From positions 20,856 through 84,855 of the forward strand of contig JAVBLT010000020.1 in the NCBI GenBank assembly GCA_031553315.1: DNA of 64,000 nt, read 5' to 3'. Of this stretch, positions 29,145-38,274 are shown one piece after another. The notes beneath the pieces are model-generated. The model ran no database searches. It was not told the DNA's origin and worked only from the letters and a program-made list of their open reading frames with translations. Position numbers and translations under genes: made by a program. The first letter of the stretch is position 1, and each line of letters starts with the position of its first letter. Source of the stretch: Kiritimatiellia bacterium. Lineage in GTDB: Bacteria; Verrucomicrobiota; Kiritimatiellia; RFP12; DVOR01.

Positions 29145-30914
29145 TCAGTCGTTCATCCCGGTTGTTTTGTCGGAGGGAATGGCCAGGTAGCGCCCGATCT
29201 CTTCCGCCACTTGCGCAAAGACCGGCGCCGAGATCGAACCGCCCGTGCGCGACTTTTTGGGGTCTGGCCGCTCAACGGTCACAATCACGCCGATTTCGGG
29301 CGCCGTGGCGGGAAAGAACCCGACGAACGTGGCGTTGTGGTCGGTATTGCTGTACCCTCCGGCGATTGGAATCTGCGCGGTGCCGGTTTTCCCCGCCACG
29401 GTGTAAGACTGGGTGGCGGCTTTTGGGGCCGTGCCGCCTTCTTCGGTTACGCCGCGAAGCATTCCGCTGACCGACGCGGCCACTTCTTTTCGAATCGGCC
29501 GGCCGATAAGCCGGGGCGTGGTCTGGATGGTTTCGCCCTGGGCGTCGACAATCCGATCCACGATGTAGGGCCTCATGAGATTCCCACCGTTGGCAAGTGT
29601 ACAATAACCGTTGAGCATTTGCAAGGCTGTAACGGCGATGCCTTGACCGATGGCGATGCGGCTGGGGGAGAGGACGTCCCACTTGGCGGCGGCGGAGAGG
29701 ATGCCGCGCTCTTCGCCGTTGAGGCCGATCTCAAGCGGAGATCCGAAGCCGAAGGCTCTGATGTAACGCTCGAAAAGCTCGTTTTTTTTGAAGGCGACGC
29801 CGTCTCTGACGGTGGGCTTGGCGAGCTCAAGGCCGATTTTGGCGCAGGCGATGTTGCTTGATTTGGCGAGGGCGGTGCGGGTGTCGATGTGGCCGATGAC
29901 GTGATCCGTGAGTTTTTTTCCGGCGTAGATCCAGAAGCCCTGGTGAACGTCGAAAATCGTGTCGGGGGTGATGAGGCGCTCGTTGAGGGCGGCCGCCACG
30001 ATGAAGCTTTTCATGACGGAGCCGGGTTCGTAGTTTCGGCTGATGGCGGCATTGCTCCAGTTGTTGGAGCCGCCTTCCTGATAGGCTCCGGGGTTGAAAT
30101 CGGGGTAGGCGGCCATGGCGAGGATCTCGCCGGTCCGCACGCGCTGCACGATGGCGATCCCGGAGCGGGCGTCGGCCCCGATCACGGCGGCGGAGAGGGC
30201 GCTCTCGACGATGCGCTGGATGTTGTTGTCGATGGTGAGGTAGATGTCGGCCCCGGGCACGGGGGGTATGCCCACGCGGCGGAGGGTGCGGATTTCCTTG
30301 CGGTGGGCGTCGCGCGAGCCTTCGATCATGCCGGGGATGCCGCGCAGGTTCTTGTCGTATTTCAGCTCCAGGCCGGCGCTGCCCACGCCTTCGCTGTTGA
30401 CGAAGCCCAGCACATGGCTCAAGCGCCGCCCGTTGGGGTAGGCGCGGATGGTTTTGTCGGTCATGCCCACGCCGGCGATGGTTTTGGCGTCGAGGCGGGC
30501 GGTGAGGTTGGAGATGACCGATTCTTTGGCGGTGGTGGCCATGGGGATGAAGCGCTTGTCTTTTTTGGAGAAGGCTTCGATGATGCTGTCTTCATCGACC
30601 TCGAGCAGTTCGGAGAGGTCGAAGGTGAGGCGGGTGCGGAGCTCGGGCTTGAGCTTTGCGAGGCGTTCGTCTCTCGGGTCAATGAATACAAGGCGGCCGG
30701 GGATGCTTTCGGCGAGGGTCGCGCCGTTGCGGTCGCAGATGCGGCCGCGCAGCGCGCTGAGCTCATATTTCCATTCCCGGTTGAGGGGGGCCGATTCGAT
30801 GAAGTGAAATTGCACGAGCCGGCAGAACACGGCGATGAAAAGCACCGCCAAAACACCTCCAACCAGGCCTATTACGCCGAGTAAACGGCTGTTTTCACGG
30901 TTGAATCCCGCCAT
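29145..30914 (-). CDS. ftsI: Peptidoglycan transpeptidase FtsI/PBP3
   Basis: RGRICDRNG, GSVMK, SSN and GKTGT motifs; dcw position. Confidence 0.92.
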   Translation of the reverse strand: MAGFNRENSRLLGVIGLVGGVLAVLFIAVFCRLVQFHFIESAPLNREWKYELSALRGRICDRNGATLAESIPGRLVFIDPRDERLAKLKPELRTRLTFDLSELLEVDEDSIIEAFSKKDKRFIPMATTAKESVISNLTARLDAKTIAGVGMTDKTIRAYPNGRRLSHVLGFVNSEGVGSAGLELKYDKNLRGIPGMIEGSRDAHRKEIRTLRRVGIPPVPGADIYLTIDNNIQRIVESALSAAVIGADARSGIAIVQRVRTGEILAMAAYPDFNPGAYQEGGSNNWSNAAISRNYEPGSVMKSFIVAAALNERLITPDTIFDVHQGFWIYAGKKLTDHVIGHIDTRTALAKSSNIACAKIGLELAKPTVRDGVAFKKNELFERYIRAFGFGSPLEIGLNGEERGILSAAAKWDVLSPSRIAIGQGIAVTALQMLNGYCTLANGGNLMRPYIVDRIVDAQGETIQTTPRLIGRPIRKEVAASVSGMLRGVTEEGGTAPKAATQSYTVAGKTGTAQIPIAGGYSNTDHNATFVGFFPATAPEIGVIVTVERPDPKKSRTGGSISAPVFAQVAEEIGRYLAIPSDKTTGMND

Positions 30915-30938
30915 GGCGATTCCTCCTTTTCGCTCCGG

Positions 30939-31319
30939 TTACCGGGTTTTGACTTGGCTTGCGGTTTTTCCGCGCTTGTGGGCGTCGGCGATGGCCTGGC
31001 TGGGGCTGACTCTGCCGTCGCGGTGGACGTGTACGATTTGCGAAGGGGCGGGGGTGTTGAAGGTCATGGCGCAGCGCCTGAGGGCGGCGTCGAGGTTTTC
31101 CGGGGTTTTCATGGTGTTCCAGTTGGCCGTTTCGCGCTGGAGTTGTTCGTTGCGGACCCGCTCCTTGTTTTCGAGCAGCTTGAGGTCTTTGCTGCGGTCT
31201 TCGATCTGGATGGCCAGCGTGCGGTAGGCAATGCCCACGATGAGGATGCAAAGGAGCAATCCGGCGGGGGCGAGCATTGAGGCGGTGAGGCGGCGTGTGT
31301 GTTTTTTATTTTTTCTCAT
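30939..31319 (-). CDS. ftsL: FtsL-like cell division protein
   Basis: Basic N-terminus, one TM helix and a coiled coil; located between rsmH and ftsI. Confidence 0.65.
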   Translation of the reverse strand: MRKNKKHTRRLTASMLAPAGLLLCILIVGIAYRTLAIQIEDRSKDLKLLENKERVRNEQLQRETANWNTMKTPENLDAALRRCAMTFNTPAPSQIVHVHRDGRVSPSQAIADAHKRGKTASQVKTR

Positions 31320-32292
31320 GGCGGTTCTCCTTCCCGGTCGATGGGTGACGGCTGCGGCTGGGAATCTCCGCGAGCCGTTCCACGGCTCTGAGCCTGGCGG
31401 AGCGGGAACGCGGGTTTTCCGCGAGCTCGCTTTCGGAGGCTGTGAGGGCGTGTTTCAAAAGGTTCCGTATGGGGGGCTCTTCGCCTTGCCAGCGTTCGCC
31501 GCCCTGTTGCAGCGCCTCGAAGCGGCCTTCGTGGGCTTTGAAAAACTGTTTCACGGCGCGGTCGGTCAGGCTCTCGAAGGTGATCACGGCGAAGCGGCCG
31601 CCGGGTTTGAGCAGGGTGAGCCCGCCGCGCAGGGCGGCCTCCAAATCGGCCATTTCGTGGTTGACGGCCATGCGCAGGGCCTGAAAGACCCGTGTCGCGG
31701 GGTGGCGGGCTTTGCCTTTTGCGCCGCCGAGCGCGTCGGCCACAATCCCGGCGAGCTGAAGGGTGCCGGTGACGGGTTGCCCGCGGCGGGCGCGGTCGAT
31801 GGCGCGGGCGGCGCGCATCGCCTGGGGTTCTTCGCCCCAGGTGCGGAAGAGGCGGGCCATCTCTTCCACGGTCATGCGGGCGAGGAGGTCGGCGGCGGTT
31901 TCGCCGGAGCCTTGGCCCATGCGCATGTCGAGGGGGCCGTCGAGGCGGAAGCTGAAGCCGCGCGCGGGGGTGTCGAGCTGATCGCTCGAAACGCCGAGGT
32001 CGAGCAAAACCGCGTCGGCCTCTTCAATGCCGTTTTGCCTGGCGAGGGAGAGGATGTCGCCGTGTTCGCCTTGCACAAGGATTTTTTCGCCGGGCACGGC
32101 GGCCAGGCGATCCCGGGCGCGGGCGAGGGCCTCGGCGTCGCGGTCGATGCCGAGCAGGCGGCCTGAGGGGCCCGCGCGCAGGAGCATTTGGGCGGCGTGG
32201 CCGGCGCTGCCGAGGGTGCCGTCGATGCAGGTGGCGCCGGGGGCGATGGCGAGCGCGGCGATCGTTTCGTTGAGCAGAACGGAGAGGTGCAT
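31306..32292 (-). CDS. rsmH: 16S rRNA C1402 N4-methyltransferase
   Basis: HLSVLLNE, DGTLGSAGH, DLGVSS, PLDMRM and NPRSRSARLR motifs. Confidence 0.96.
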   Translation of the reverse strand: MHLSVLLNETIAALAIAPGATCIDGTLGSAGHAAQMLLRAGPSGRLLGIDRDAEALARARDRLAAVPGEKILVQGEHGDILSLARQNGIEEADAVLLDLGVSSDQLDTPARGFSFRLDGPLDMRMGQGSGETAADLLARMTVEEMARLFRTWGEEPQAMRAARAIDRARRGQPVTGTLQLAGIVADALGGAKGKARHPATRVFQALRMAVNHEMADLEAALRGGLTLLKPGGRFAVITFESLTDRAVKQFFKAHEGRFEALQQGGERWQGEEPPIRNLLKHALTASESELAENPRSRSARLRAVERLAEIPSRSRHPSTGKENRHEKK

Positions 32293-32298
32293 GGGGGG

Positions 32299-32775
32299 TT
32301 ACTCTCCTTTCCTGCGGCTGCGGATGGTTTGAATGGCTCGCAGCAGCTGATCCTGGTCGATTTCATCTTCGATTTCCATGCGTTCTTCGGCCCAGATCTG
32401 AATGCGGTCAAAGGTGCCGACCATGACGGCTTTTCCCGAAAACCCCGCAAATTTCTGAAGGCGGTCGCCAATGCGGATGCGCCCCTGCACATCAAGCTGA
32501 AGCTGTTCGGAGTTGGCCGCCAGCACGCGCATGGATTGGGTCAGCTCATCATCGAAAAACGCATCGTCGCCGCTGGGCTGGGCAAAAAGGGTCTCCATCT
32601 TCTCGATGGTGATGAGGTTGAGGCATTTTTCTTTGGGGTCGGGCATCACAAACACATATTTTGGATCGCCCATCATTTCGCGCCAACAGGAAGGAATGGT
32701 CAGGCGGCGCTTGGGATCGAGCGCATGCTCGAACCTTCCGCAAAATCTGCCTTTTCCATTTGTTTTTACTTCCAT
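32299..32775 (-). CDS. mraZ: Division/cell wall cluster repressor MraZ
   Basis: LDPKRRLTIP and LDVQGRIRI repeats; first gene of the dcw block. Confidence 0.93.
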   Translation of the reverse strand: MEVKTNGKGRFCGRFEHALDPKRRLTIPSCWREMMGDPKYVFVMPDPKEKCLNLITIEKMETLFAQPSGDDAFFDDELTQSMRVLAANSEQLQLDVQGRIRIGDRLQKFAGFSGKAVMVGTFDRIQIWAEERMEIEDEIDQDQLLRAIQTIRSRRKGE

Positions 32776-32790
32776 CGACACGATACACCT

Positions 32791-32830
32791 CGCCTGACAT
32801 TCTGCCCCACAGTATGCCACTTTCTGACAC
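32791..32830 (-). promoter_or_regulatory. Putative MraZ operator (10-nt phased GTGG-like boxes)
   Basis: Minus strand gtgtcagaaa|gtggcatact|gtggggcaga|atgtcaggcg directly upstream of mraZ. Confidence 0.6.
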
Positions 32831-33033
32831 CATTTGGCAACACTAAAAGTGAAATAAAATAATGCATTGACAAGTGGTGTTTTATTTATCCGTGATGATT
32901 TTTGTTCCGTTTTTTCCTTTTTTGACTATTCATTGGAAATCGGCTCCATGTGCATTTTGGCCTTGCCGGATGGCACTTGTTTTGCTATTTTGTCTGCATA
33001 CGAAATTACTTTTCGTTTTTCGGAGATTAAATT

Positions 33034-36000
33034 ATGAAAAAAAGCATTCTTATTTTGGCACTTTTTTCAACGGCCCTCGTTTTTTCAGCGGGTGTGCCGG
33101 ATGAAACGGGCCTCGTGCCCACGCTGAATATCTCTTTCAACGTGGCCGGAACCACGGGCGATTTGAAGGATACCAATACCGGCTCCATCGCCATTTCGGG
33201 TACTGGCGACTATGTGGCCTCGCCCAACGGCAAGGCGATTAATCTGGTGGATAGCACGAAGAATCCCTACGGTAGCGTTGGCGGAGTGGTTCCCGCCGCC
33301 ACAGCCTATACGGTCGCCTTTTTCGCCAAGCTTTCGGGGAATGACGCCGGCACTCTTTTTCACTTGCAGGATTCCGCGGGAGGCTTGCTCTTTCGCCGGG
33401 GCGCCACCGCCGGTTCGGTGGTGGTGGCCAATGCCAAGGGAGCCGCGACGATTTCGCTCACAGGGCTTTCGGATTTGGAAACAAAGTGGCATTTCTACGC
33501 GCTGACCGTCGATGCCCAATTCATCACGCTTTATATTGACGGCGTGCCGCGCGGCCAAAGCGCTTCGGGCGCAACCTCGTTTGTCAACGCCAAGACAGCC
33601 TATCAGTTTGGCGCCCGGCATGGCGGGATGGGAACCGGCGAAGCGAAAAACGGCGGATTGCTTGATGATTTCCGTGTGTATGCCCGAATTCTCACCGCCG
33701 AGCAGCTTGCTGCCGTGAACTGGGCACTGGTGCCTCATTCGAAAAAGGTCATCAGCCTGAATTTTGCCACAAACGCGAATGCCTCTGCGTTGCCCGCCAC
33801 CGATGCTCGTGTGGGGCTTGAGCCGGTTGCCGCATCATCGTGGATCAATCTCGCCAATGCCGCGCAGGAGGAGGCGGTTTCGATTTACGCCAACGATTGT
33901 GCCCACCCCTTTCCGGCTCCGGCCGTTGCCTGGAGCGCTTCAACGATGTATCGTCAAGGCAGCACAGTCTCACTCGAGGCGACGGTTCTGCGCAACTATC
34001 TCGCCGATGCCCAAACGCGCACGGGCGTTGGCGTTCAGATCACCGTTTCCGATATTCCCTTTGCCGCTTATGAGGTCATCATTTATCAGGCGGCCGATTC
34101 CGCCACCCCTTTCCGCCCGCCCTCGGTCAACGGCCAGTTTTACACCTTTGATGCCACCGGTTGCCGCATTGTCAAAGGCAGCGCGAATTACGGCGATGCC
34201 AACGCCTCGCGCACCGCGTTCACGCATGGGGTCAATGCCCTGCGCATCCGTCGTGCCGCCATCGATCCCGCCGATGGCGATTTCTCCGGCGCGCTGACCA
34301 TTCTGGGGCAAATTTCCGCCGGTTCCTCCATCGCCCGCGGATGCATCGCCGCCATTCAAATTGTGGAAGTGGAACCCTTCGAAACCGTTTATACCCGAGC
34401 GATCTCAGCCGATGGCGTTTGGGGTGATTCGCTTTGGAATACCTCCTCCGCTTCCAATCAGGCATGGGTCGATGGCGCGACCGCCATTCTGAACGCTTCC
34501 TCCCCCGCCACGCTTTCGCTGGGGGTGCCTGTGCAGGCCCATGATCTGATTATCCAGGGCAAGGGTTCCCTGGCGCTCACCGGCGCTTCTCTCTCCTTCT
34601 CCGGCGCGATCAACGCCCAACTGTTCAACGCCGCCGATTCGATCACGATCGCTTCGCCCGTGCAAAATGAAAATCTGACCCTTTATGCGCACAATCCCAA
34701 CGCCTCCGCCGCCGGCAAGCTTGCTTTAACCGGATCTTTCCAGAATCTGACCCTCGGTTCCGGCACGCTCGATGCCGCCGTAAACGCAGGCAACCTTTCA
34801 CTGCAAGGCGGTTCGCTTGCTATCGCCCCGGGGATCTATGCCTATCCGGTCTCGGTTGGCGCACCCGCCGTGTTCCGGGTGGATTCCGGCGACGCAGCCT
34901 TCACGCAACCCGTGAATTCCAATGCGATCCTCACCAAGACCGGATCCGGGAACCTCACCTTTGAAAATAATCTGACCTCGACCGCCGCGCTCAGCGCCGC
35001 CGCCGGGCAGGTCACGCTCAAGGGCACCGCGAATTCGCTCCCCGACTACCCGGCCAATACCGTTTTCGCCGATGGCACAACGACCACGCTGACAACCGAG
35101 CGGCTGACCATCGCCACCGAAACACGCACCTGGCCGATGGCTCCCGGCGCAACGATCGAGACCGCCGCCTTTCGTGCGGCCAATACGAGCGCTTCGAAAT
35201 CAGTGATCAACCACACCAACGGCACCTTCCGCGTCACCGGCAACGTCTCCACCGCCGATACCGTGCCCACCTTCCTGCTCGCCTACTGGACCAACGGCGG
35301 CGCCGGCACCTACAACCTCAGCGGCGGCACCCTTTCCGTGCCCAATGCCGAAATCCGCCTGTCGCACTCCGGCACCGGCACGCTCAACATCTCGGGAAGC
35401 GGGCGCGTGGAAACGCTTGGCTTCCAAAATTGCGGCCTTTCCGGAACCATCGCCATGTCGGGCGGGAGCATCGCTCTCAACAGCGCCGGCATTCGCAGTT
35501 CCAAGATTTACCCGAAGTTTTCCGGCGGCACGCTCGAAGCCGCCGCCAGCTTCAGCATCGACAGCGCTGTCGAGCTGCTTGCGGGTGAAGGCCCTGTGAT
35601 TGAACCCAACAGCCACACCATCACCGTCAACCAGCCTTTCTCCGGCGAAGGCAGCGTGACCTTTGGTTCCGCCGGGAGCACCGGCAGCGTGATTCTGGCC
35701 GCAGACCTCAGCCACACCGGCGGCACCGTGCTCGCCGGCGGCACGCTCGATATCGGCCTACGCACGGTCATTCCCGGCGCGGTCACGGTTCAAGGCTCGC
35801 CCGCGCTGAAAATCAACGCGGGCATCTTGCCGAATTATTCCGACAGCGGCGCGTTTCACCCCTCCGCGCTGACTTTTGCCGCCGATGCTTCTCTGCGCGT
35901 GGAGGTCGATGCCGGAGGAAGCGATGTGTTGCTTGAAAGCTATGCGTTTTTCGGCGCGGTTGAAGGCATTGACGCCTCCAAAATTTCGGTTTCACTCGTC

Positions 36001-37635
36001 AATACCGGCTCCGGTTTTCCCTCGGGCGGCGCCATGCGCGCCGTCTCCGGTCCAAACGGCACGGTGCTTTTCGTGGTCTCCGGTGTGATTCACCCGAAAC
36101 GCCTCTTCTGGAACGGCTCATTCTCCTCGCGCTGGTCGACCGATCCCGCTGATATCAACTGGGGCGACGGCGCCGTTGACGGCCCCGTTGCCGCTTTTAC
36201 CGATATTGACACCGTGAATTTCACAGACCTCGCCTTTGCCGAGCAAACTGTGGATCTTTATGGTTCCCTTGCCCCCGTCTTCCTCTTTTTCAATACCGAG
36301 CTCACCGCCTATACCCTCGCTGGAACCGGCGGCATAACCGGTTCGGCAGGTATCGAAAAAACCGGAGCCGGAACCGTCACCCTCGCCACGGCCAACACCT
36401 TCACCGGCGATATCTCCATCGGCGCCGGCGAGCTCATCCTCAGCGGCACGCTTGGCACCGCCGAGGCTCCCTATTCCGGTGCGGTTACCATTGCCGAAGG
36501 CGCTGCTTTGCGCATGGAATCGGCCGCGGAAGAATCGTACAAGGGCGTTTTCAAAGATTTCGGAACCATTCGCAAAACAGGAAGCGGCACGCTGGCCATC
36601 AAACTCCCGCAGCCCTATTTTAAAGGACAGCTTCAGGTGACCGCCGGTGCCGTTTCGCTCGACAACGGTTCCTCCGCCGTGCATGGAGGCGGGTCGGGGA
36701 TCTTTGGCGATCCCATCTACAAGACCAGGTACCCCGTTCTCATCAGCGGGGAATCGGCTGTGGTGGATCTCACCGTCAATGAAGTGGTCGGGTGGTCAAC
36801 CGGGCAGGTCGGTTATCGTTTTGCCGAAATGAAAGAAGGCGCAACTCTTCTCAAAACCTCCCAAACTCAAAACCTCCTGCGCAGCTTCCTTTTCTCCGGC
36901 GATGCCCGCATGGTCAACGCGCACGAAACCGATGGCTGGAAACTGGGGCCCGGCGCCGTGTTCAAAGCGACCTCCGGCACCACCGTCTTCAGCAGCACCG
37001 GAACCCCCAACGGTCTCCTTCTGATGGGCGGCGATGCCAACCGCACCCGCGTGGAGTTTGCCGTGGAGCCCGGCGCAGAAATCCGGTTTGATACTGCCCT
37101 CGCCTGCAACTCCATCAATACCGGTATCCTTAAGACCGGCGGCGGCCTCCTCACCTTCAACGCCGCCACCGAAAACAACGCCATGCCCACCGAAATCGAA
37201 GCGGGAACCCTTGCGGTCAATGCCGCCGCCACCGGCGCCGGCACCTACACCATCGGTACCGGTGCCACGGCCGCCACCTTGCGCGGCAGCGGCACAATCG
37301 AGGGAACCGTTGCGGTCAAAGCCGAATCCATCGTGGAAACCGGTTTGACAATCGGTACCCTCGCGCTCGATAAAGACGCCGCCATCCGCGTGGTTCCCGG
37401 TCAGGAGCTCGCCGTCGGCGCCGCCTTCACCGCCGATACCTCCTTCATCGTGGACCTCTCGCTCTACACACTCGGCACACCCAGACAATTTGTGCTGACT
37501 CTGCCTGAAAGCGCCTCCATTCCGAGCGCCGAATGCGTGCTTCAGGGAGAACTGGCGAGGAGCTACCGCGCCGCCTGGGTTGGAAAAAGCCTGGAAGTGG
37601 CCCTCATGCGGGGCATATTGATCACGATTTATTGA
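33034..37635 (+). CDS. Large secreted protein 1 (1533 aa): LamG-like domain, one uncharacterised repeat domain, autotransporter-associated beta-strand repeats
   Basis: Signal peptide; WHFYALT..LYIDG..GLLDDFRVY (LamG); KTGAGTVTLATANTFTG repeats; ends RGILITIY. Confidence 0.85.
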   Translation: MKKSILILALFSTALVFSAGVPDETGLVPTLNISFNVAGTTGDLKDTNTGSIAISGTGDYVASPNGKAINLVDSTKNPYGSVGGVVPAATAYTVAFFAKLSGNDAGTLFHLQDSAGGLLFRRGATAGSVVVANAKGAATISLTGLSDLETKWHFYALTVDAQFITLYIDGVPRGQSASGATSFVNAKTAYQFGARHGGMGTGEAKNGGLLDDFRVYARILTAEQLAAVNWALVPHSKKVISLNFATNANASALPATDARVGLEPVAASSWINLANAAQEEAVSIYANDCAHPFPAPAVAWSASTMYRQGSTVSLEATVLRNYLADAQTRTGVGVQITVSDIPFAAYEVIIYQAADSATPFRPPSVNGQFYTFDATGCRIVKGSANYGDANASRTAFTHGVNALRIRRAAIDPADGDFSGALTILGQISAGSSIARGCIAAIQIVEVEPFETVYTRAISADGVWGDSLWNTSSASNQAWVDGATAILNASSPATLSLGVPVQAHDLIIQGKGSLALTGASLSFSGAINAQLFNAADSITIASPVQNENLTLYAHNPNASAAGKLALTGSFQNLTLGSGTLDAAVNAGNLSLQGGSLAIAPGIYAYPVSVGAPAVFRVDSGDAAFTQPVNSNAILTKTGSGNLTFENNLTSTAALSAAAGQVTLKGTANSLPDYPANTVFADGTTTTLTTERLTIATETRTWPMAPGATIETAAFRAANTSASKSVINHTNGTFRVTGNVSTADTVPTFLLAYWTNGGAGTYNLSGGTLSVPNAEIRLSHSGTGTLNISGSGRVETLGFQNCGLSGTIAMSGGSIALNSAGIRSSKIYPKFSGGTLEAAASFSIDSAVELLAGEGPVIEPNSHTITVNQPFSGEGSVTFGSAGSTGSVILAADLSHTGGTVLAGGTLDIGLRTVIPGAVTVQGSPALKINAGILPNYSDSGAFHPSALTFAADASLRVEVDAGGSDVLLESYAFFGAVEGIDASKISVSLVNTGSGFPSGGAMRAVSGPNGTVLFVVSGVIHPKRLFWNGSFSSRWSTDPADINWGDGAVDGPVAAFTDIDTVNFTDLAFAEQTVDLYGSLAPVFLFFNTELTAYTLAGTGGITGSAGIEKTGAGTVTLATANTFTGDISIGAGELILSGTLGTAEAPYSGAVTIAEGAALRMESAAEESYKGVFKDFGTIRKTGSGTLAIKLPQPYFKGQLQVTAGAVSLDNGSSAVHGGGSGIFGDPIYKTRYPVLISGESAVVDLTVNEVVGWSTGQVGYRFAEMKEGATLLKTSQTQNLLRSFLFSGDARMVNAHETDGWKLGPGAVFKATSGTTVFSSTGTPNGLLLMGGDANRTRVEFAVEPGAEIRFDTALACNSINTGILKTGGGLLTFNAATENNAMPTEIEAGTLAVNAAATGAGTYTIGTGATAATLRGSGTIEGTVAVKAESIVETGLTIGTLALDKDAAIRVVPGQELAVGAAFTADTSFIVDLSLYTLGTPRQFVLTLPESASIPSAECVLQGELARSYRAAWVGKSLEVALMRGILITIY

Positions 37636-37670
37636 TAAACTGATTTTGATTCAAAGAATTATCCTGAATG

Positions 37671-37699
37671 CCGGCGGCAGGTGCTCAACCTGCCGCCGG
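37671..37699. terminator. GC-rich hairpin, probable terminator
   Basis: 12-bp perfect stem ccggcggcaggt/acctgccgccgg after the gene; weak T-tail. Confidence 0.55.
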
Positions 37700-37805
37700 T
37701 TATCGTATGAAAAATCGTGTGAAAAATTTGTTTTGCGATTGTTTTTTTTTCAGGCATGTGCTACGTTGTGAACAAATTGTGTTGTTGATTTCAAGGCAGA
37801 TGGAT

Positions 37806-38126
37806 ATGATGCGATTTTGCTTTTTTTTGACCATGGGGCTTTTTTTGGCCGGCTGCGGCGATTCTCCCGGAGCTTCCTCCCTGAAATTCATTAAAGCCGT
37901 GCGCGACGGCAACATTGAGCGCGCCTCTTCTTATTTGGCCGAAGGCGTGGCGATTCCAGCCGATACATCCGCCATTGTCAACGGTTTCATTGTTGAGCAG
38001 GAGGTCGTCAGCGGTCAGGTCGCCACCGTCGTCCTCCGCCGGCAGTATGATAAAACCGTGCCCTCCGTGTTGATTGAGCTGGAAAAGAGCGGCGCCTCCT
38101 GGCGTTTGAAGACGCTTCCCTTTTGA
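37806..38126 (+). CDS. Small lipoprotein (DUF4878-like)
   Basis: Lipobox LAGC; SP...FIKA..G, ATVV and LEK..WR pattern. Confidence 0.6.
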   Translation: MMRFCFFLTMGLFLAGCGDSPGASSLKFIKAVRDGNIERASSYLAEGVAIPADTSAIVNGFIVEQEVVSGQVATVVLRRQYDKTVPSVLIELEKSGASWRLKTLPF

Positions 38127-38274
38127 AAAGCCGTTTTTATTTTCAGGCTGCGTTCCGCGTGACGCACCTTCGTGAAATGGCGCTGTGATTTTCTTGTGCC
38201 GGAGGCTCGCCTCCCGTATGCTCTCTTTATAATTACGGTTGGATACTTTTCGGGGCTAGCCCAAGGAGCGTGAT

